In this document: positions 34,537-36,749 of the stretch, in pieces
Numbering within the stretch: position 1 is the first letter of the stretch
Layout: the number at the start of each line of letters is the position of its first letter
Notes under the pieces: generated by a model
Told to the model about the DNA's origin: nothing
The model's input: only the letters and a program-made list of their open reading frames with translations
Database searches by the model: none
From: a virus
Reading direction: 5' to 3' (one strand)
DNA: 36,749 nucleotides
IMG/VR virus record: IMGVR_UViG_3300009678_001574
Program-made: the position numbers and the translations under genes

Positions 34537-35976
34537 ATGAAAATTTTCAATGTCCGACTTGGACTGGCTACCAATAGTTCTTCATCGCATTCCATTGTGA
34601 TGATAAACCCCAAGCATAAAAAGAAGTTCACAGATTCGCAAGACGCTTTAGAAGGCGACTTTAATTGGAACTACTTTACTGCTGCATCGCTTCAGGCTAA
34701 GAATTTATATCTGGCCGCACTCATTCATCGTGATTTAGAGAAGATGGGTACTAAAGATATAGCTGACGCTGTAGTTCAAGGGTGGTTGGGAGTTGATGTT
34801 GAGAAAAATGTTCCAAGTGTAGATCACCAAAGCTATCTGGAAATGCCCTCTGACTGGTATGGTAAGGCGCCAGACAAACAGTTTCTAAAAGAGTTCCAAG
34901 CATTTCTTTGTAGAGACGATGTTGCTATTTTAGGTGGTAACGATAATGATGAAGAACAGCACGAATTAGCCCAATACTCCACTACATTAAAGTTGGATAT
35001 GTTTAGAGAAATGGGCGATAGTGTTATCGTTTGTAGAAAAGATGACTCCGGTTATTGGACTATCTTTAATCGTACTAATGGAACTAAAATAAGACTATCG
35101 CTCGATCCAAACCAGGCTACTCCAACCAAGGCATCCGCGCCAGAACTTGTAGATATAAAGATAACTGATTATTGCCCATTTAATTGTGCATATTGTTATC
35201 AAGCATCTACACTTAAAGGCAAGCACGCATCGACCCAGTCTCTATTTAATCTGGCTGATTTATTAGGAGATATGAAAGTATTCGAAGTTGCTTTGGGTGG
35301 CGGAGAACCGACTTTGCATCCAGATTTTCTCAAAATTCTTACCAAGTTTAGAGAGAATGGTATTGTACCAAACTTTACAACTAAATCACTTCATTGGTTA
35401 AAAGACGATAAATACAGAAATGAAATTCTAGATGTTGCTGGTAATTTTGCTTACTCGTGTGAAAATAAAAACGATGTAAAAAATCTTGCCGACCTAGTTA
35501 AACAACACAATATAAATCGCAGTGCGTTTGATGGCCGTGCCGTAGTACATTATGTTATGGGCATTGGTACAGAACAAAACTTTGAGGAGGTATTGAACGA
35601 GGCATGTAATAATGGTTTGGAAATTACTTTACTAGGCTACAAAACGAATGGTAGAGGCGCTCTGTTCAACCCGCACAAAAAGTTTGATTGGATTACAATA
35701 GTCCAAAAGCTACGCGAAAATAAATGGTTGAAATTAGGTATAGATACTAAACTAGCACAAGACTATCTAACGCAATTACAAGCCGCAAATATTCCAGACT
35801 ATATGTACTATGTTCATGAGGGCAAGTTTTCTATGTATATAGATGCGGTTAATGGTCTCATAGGCCCCTCTTCTTATTGCGATGATAAAGAACAATCTTT
35901 ATTAGAATTAAACGGTGGGTTTAATCAGTTTGATGATGACGTCAAAAAGGTTAAGCAACACTTTCAATCATTTTAA
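34537..35976 (+). CDS. radical SAM protein with an N-terminal TNSSSSHS-motif domain
   Basis: CPFNCAYC (CxxxCxxC), GGGEPTLHP and NFTT motifs. N-terminus MKIFNVRLGLATNSSSSHS. Confidence 0.9.
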   Translation: MKIFNVRLGLATNSSSSHSIVMINPKHKKKFTDSQDALEGDFNWNYFTAASLQAKNLYLAALIHRDLEKMGTKDIADAVVQGWLGVDVEKNVPSVDHQSYLEMPSDWYGKAPDKQFLKEFQAFLCRDDVAILGGNDNDEEQHELAQYSTTLKLDMFREMGDSVIVCRKDDSGYWTIFNRTNGTKIRLSLDPNQATPTKASAPELVDIKITDYCPFNCAYCYQASTLKGKHASTQSLFNLADLLGDMKVFEVALGGGEPTLHPDFLKILTKFRENGIVPNFTTKSLHWLKDDKYRNEILDVAGNFAYSCENKNDVKNLADLVKQHNINRSAFDGRAVVHYVMGIGTEQNFEEVLNEACNNGLEITLLGYKTNGRGALFNPHKKFDWITIVQKLRENKWLKLGIDTKLAQDYLTQLQAANIPDYMYYVHEGKFSMYIDAVNGLIGPSSYCDDKEQSLLELNGGFNQFDDDVKKVKQHFQSF

Positions 35977-35988
35977 AAAAGGGGTATT

Positions 35989-36372
35989 ATGGGAGCACAT
36001 TCTGGAAAAGGCATGCAGACATATGAAAGAGTTTTGGTGGAAGCAAGAGTAAGTGGTAAGGAGATAGGCCCTAAATATCACTTACACGATAAGCAAAAAC
36101 AAGAATGGGCCAAGACTAATAAGATAACAGTTCCAACAATAAGCTCTACTGTAGCTAATGCTCTTAAAGAAAAGATTACTAACGCAGCTACTGGTGCTGT
36201 TAAAGCTACTAAAGTTGTATCCAAGGTTGTAGCCAGCATTAAGATTCCAGTAATGCCGACACAAGACGAATTGCGAGAGAGATTAAGAAAAGAGAAGATG
36301 CAGAAGTTGGCAGATTCTCTTAAGGCAAGTGACCGTACTGACCATATCAAGAGTGTTGGTAACGGTTTATAA
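35989..36372 (+). CDS. basic hypothetical protein
   Basis: AGGGG RBS; 127 aa. Confidence 0.7.
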   Translation: MGAHSGKGMQTYERVLVEARVSGKEIGPKYHLHDKQKQEWAKTNKITVPTISSTVANALKEKITNAATGAVKATKVVSKVVASIKIPVMPTQDELRERLRKEKMQKLADSLKASDRTDHIKSVGNGL

Positions 36373-36428
36373 GAACCGCCAAACAATAAACAATGGGGAA
36401 AATATACCCAAAGAAAGGAAATAATGTT

Positions 36429-36749
36429 ATGGCAAATGTGACTTTAGAACAATTTGAGGCTCTGTACAAAGCTGCTCCGGCAGGTACTAGCCGTAAGAGA
36501 TTAGCCCGTCTATTAGGAGTTACGCTCCCAGTAGATTCAATCTCAAAGCAGCTTGAGGCTGCTGCCCTGGTTACTCACACGGCTGAGGCCAGCAAGGGCA
36601 ATCCCACTCCAAAGCAAAAGGTATACGTAAGTATCCCTAACTTGCAGTTGGACGGCGGTGATTCCGCTAGGGGTTTCTGGGTTAATGCTGATGTAGCTCG
36701 TGAGATTTTCGCTCGCGGTCTTGAAATCTGCGACCAGAACAACCTGTAA
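36429..36749 (+). CDS. small hypothetical protein, probable paralog of 858-1148
   Basis: AAAGGA RBS and the same AATGTTATG start context as 858. Confidence 0.8.
   Translation: MANVTLEQFEALYKAAPAGTSRKRLARLLGVTLPVDSISKQLEAAALVTHTAEASKGNPTPKQKVYVSIPNLQLDGGDSARGFWVNADVAREIFARGLEICDQNNL

Noticed and set aside
247-36386. All minus-strand ORFs in the track (e.g. 3573-4439, 19219-19896)
   Set aside because: They lie antisense to well-supported + strand genes and show no motifs or RBS, so they are shadow ORFs.
1-36749. Stop-codon reassignment
   Set aside because: Genes are full length in code 11 and use TAA, TAG and TGA as stops; no suppressor tRNA is present.
1-36749. CRISPR array, tmRNA, rRNA, theta ribozymes after tRNAs
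   Set aside because: No regularly spaced repeats or diagnostic motifs were seen by eye, and tRNA trailers run straight into RBS/ORFs.

Overview
This window looks like part of a large (jumbo-type) bacteriophage genome. About 65 tightly packed genes all lie on the + strand, many with overlapping stop/start codons, and seven CCA-ending tRNAs are scattered singly between them. No virion or replication core genes are present, so the phage call is an inference. A MopE-like/vWA lipoprotein and a collagen-like lipoprotein hint at a myxobacterial/deltaproteobacterial host. The main finding is a tRNA-maturation locus at 26.5-27.9 kb: tilS, an RNase P RNA and tRNA-Ile2(CAU). The RNase P RNA (27224-27800) has an intact catalytic core but carries two ~140-150 nt insertions, one in P12 and one between P16 and P17. 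Each insertion starts an ORF (66 aa and 55 aa) that reads on through conserved ribozyme helices, so one RNA appears to be both ribozyme and mRNA. Other non-coding elements are a type-P1 twister ribozyme preceded by a small pseudoknot (20303-20392), an unidentified ~170-nt structured RNA abutting tRNA-Leu (9854-10024), pseudoknots flanking a small gene, and a CCA-W(2-4)-CGA trailer shared by six of seven tRNAs. Protein modules include a PEP-synthase-like dikinase/phosphatase/HD cluster, a complete ABC transporter operon with an SBP-OmpA fusion, candidate counter-defence enzymes (2H phosphoesterase, ADP-ribosylglycohydrolase, NUDIX), a frameshifted deaminase and an NSSS-motif/radical SAM fusion. 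All calls come from reading motifs by eye; no database searches were run.
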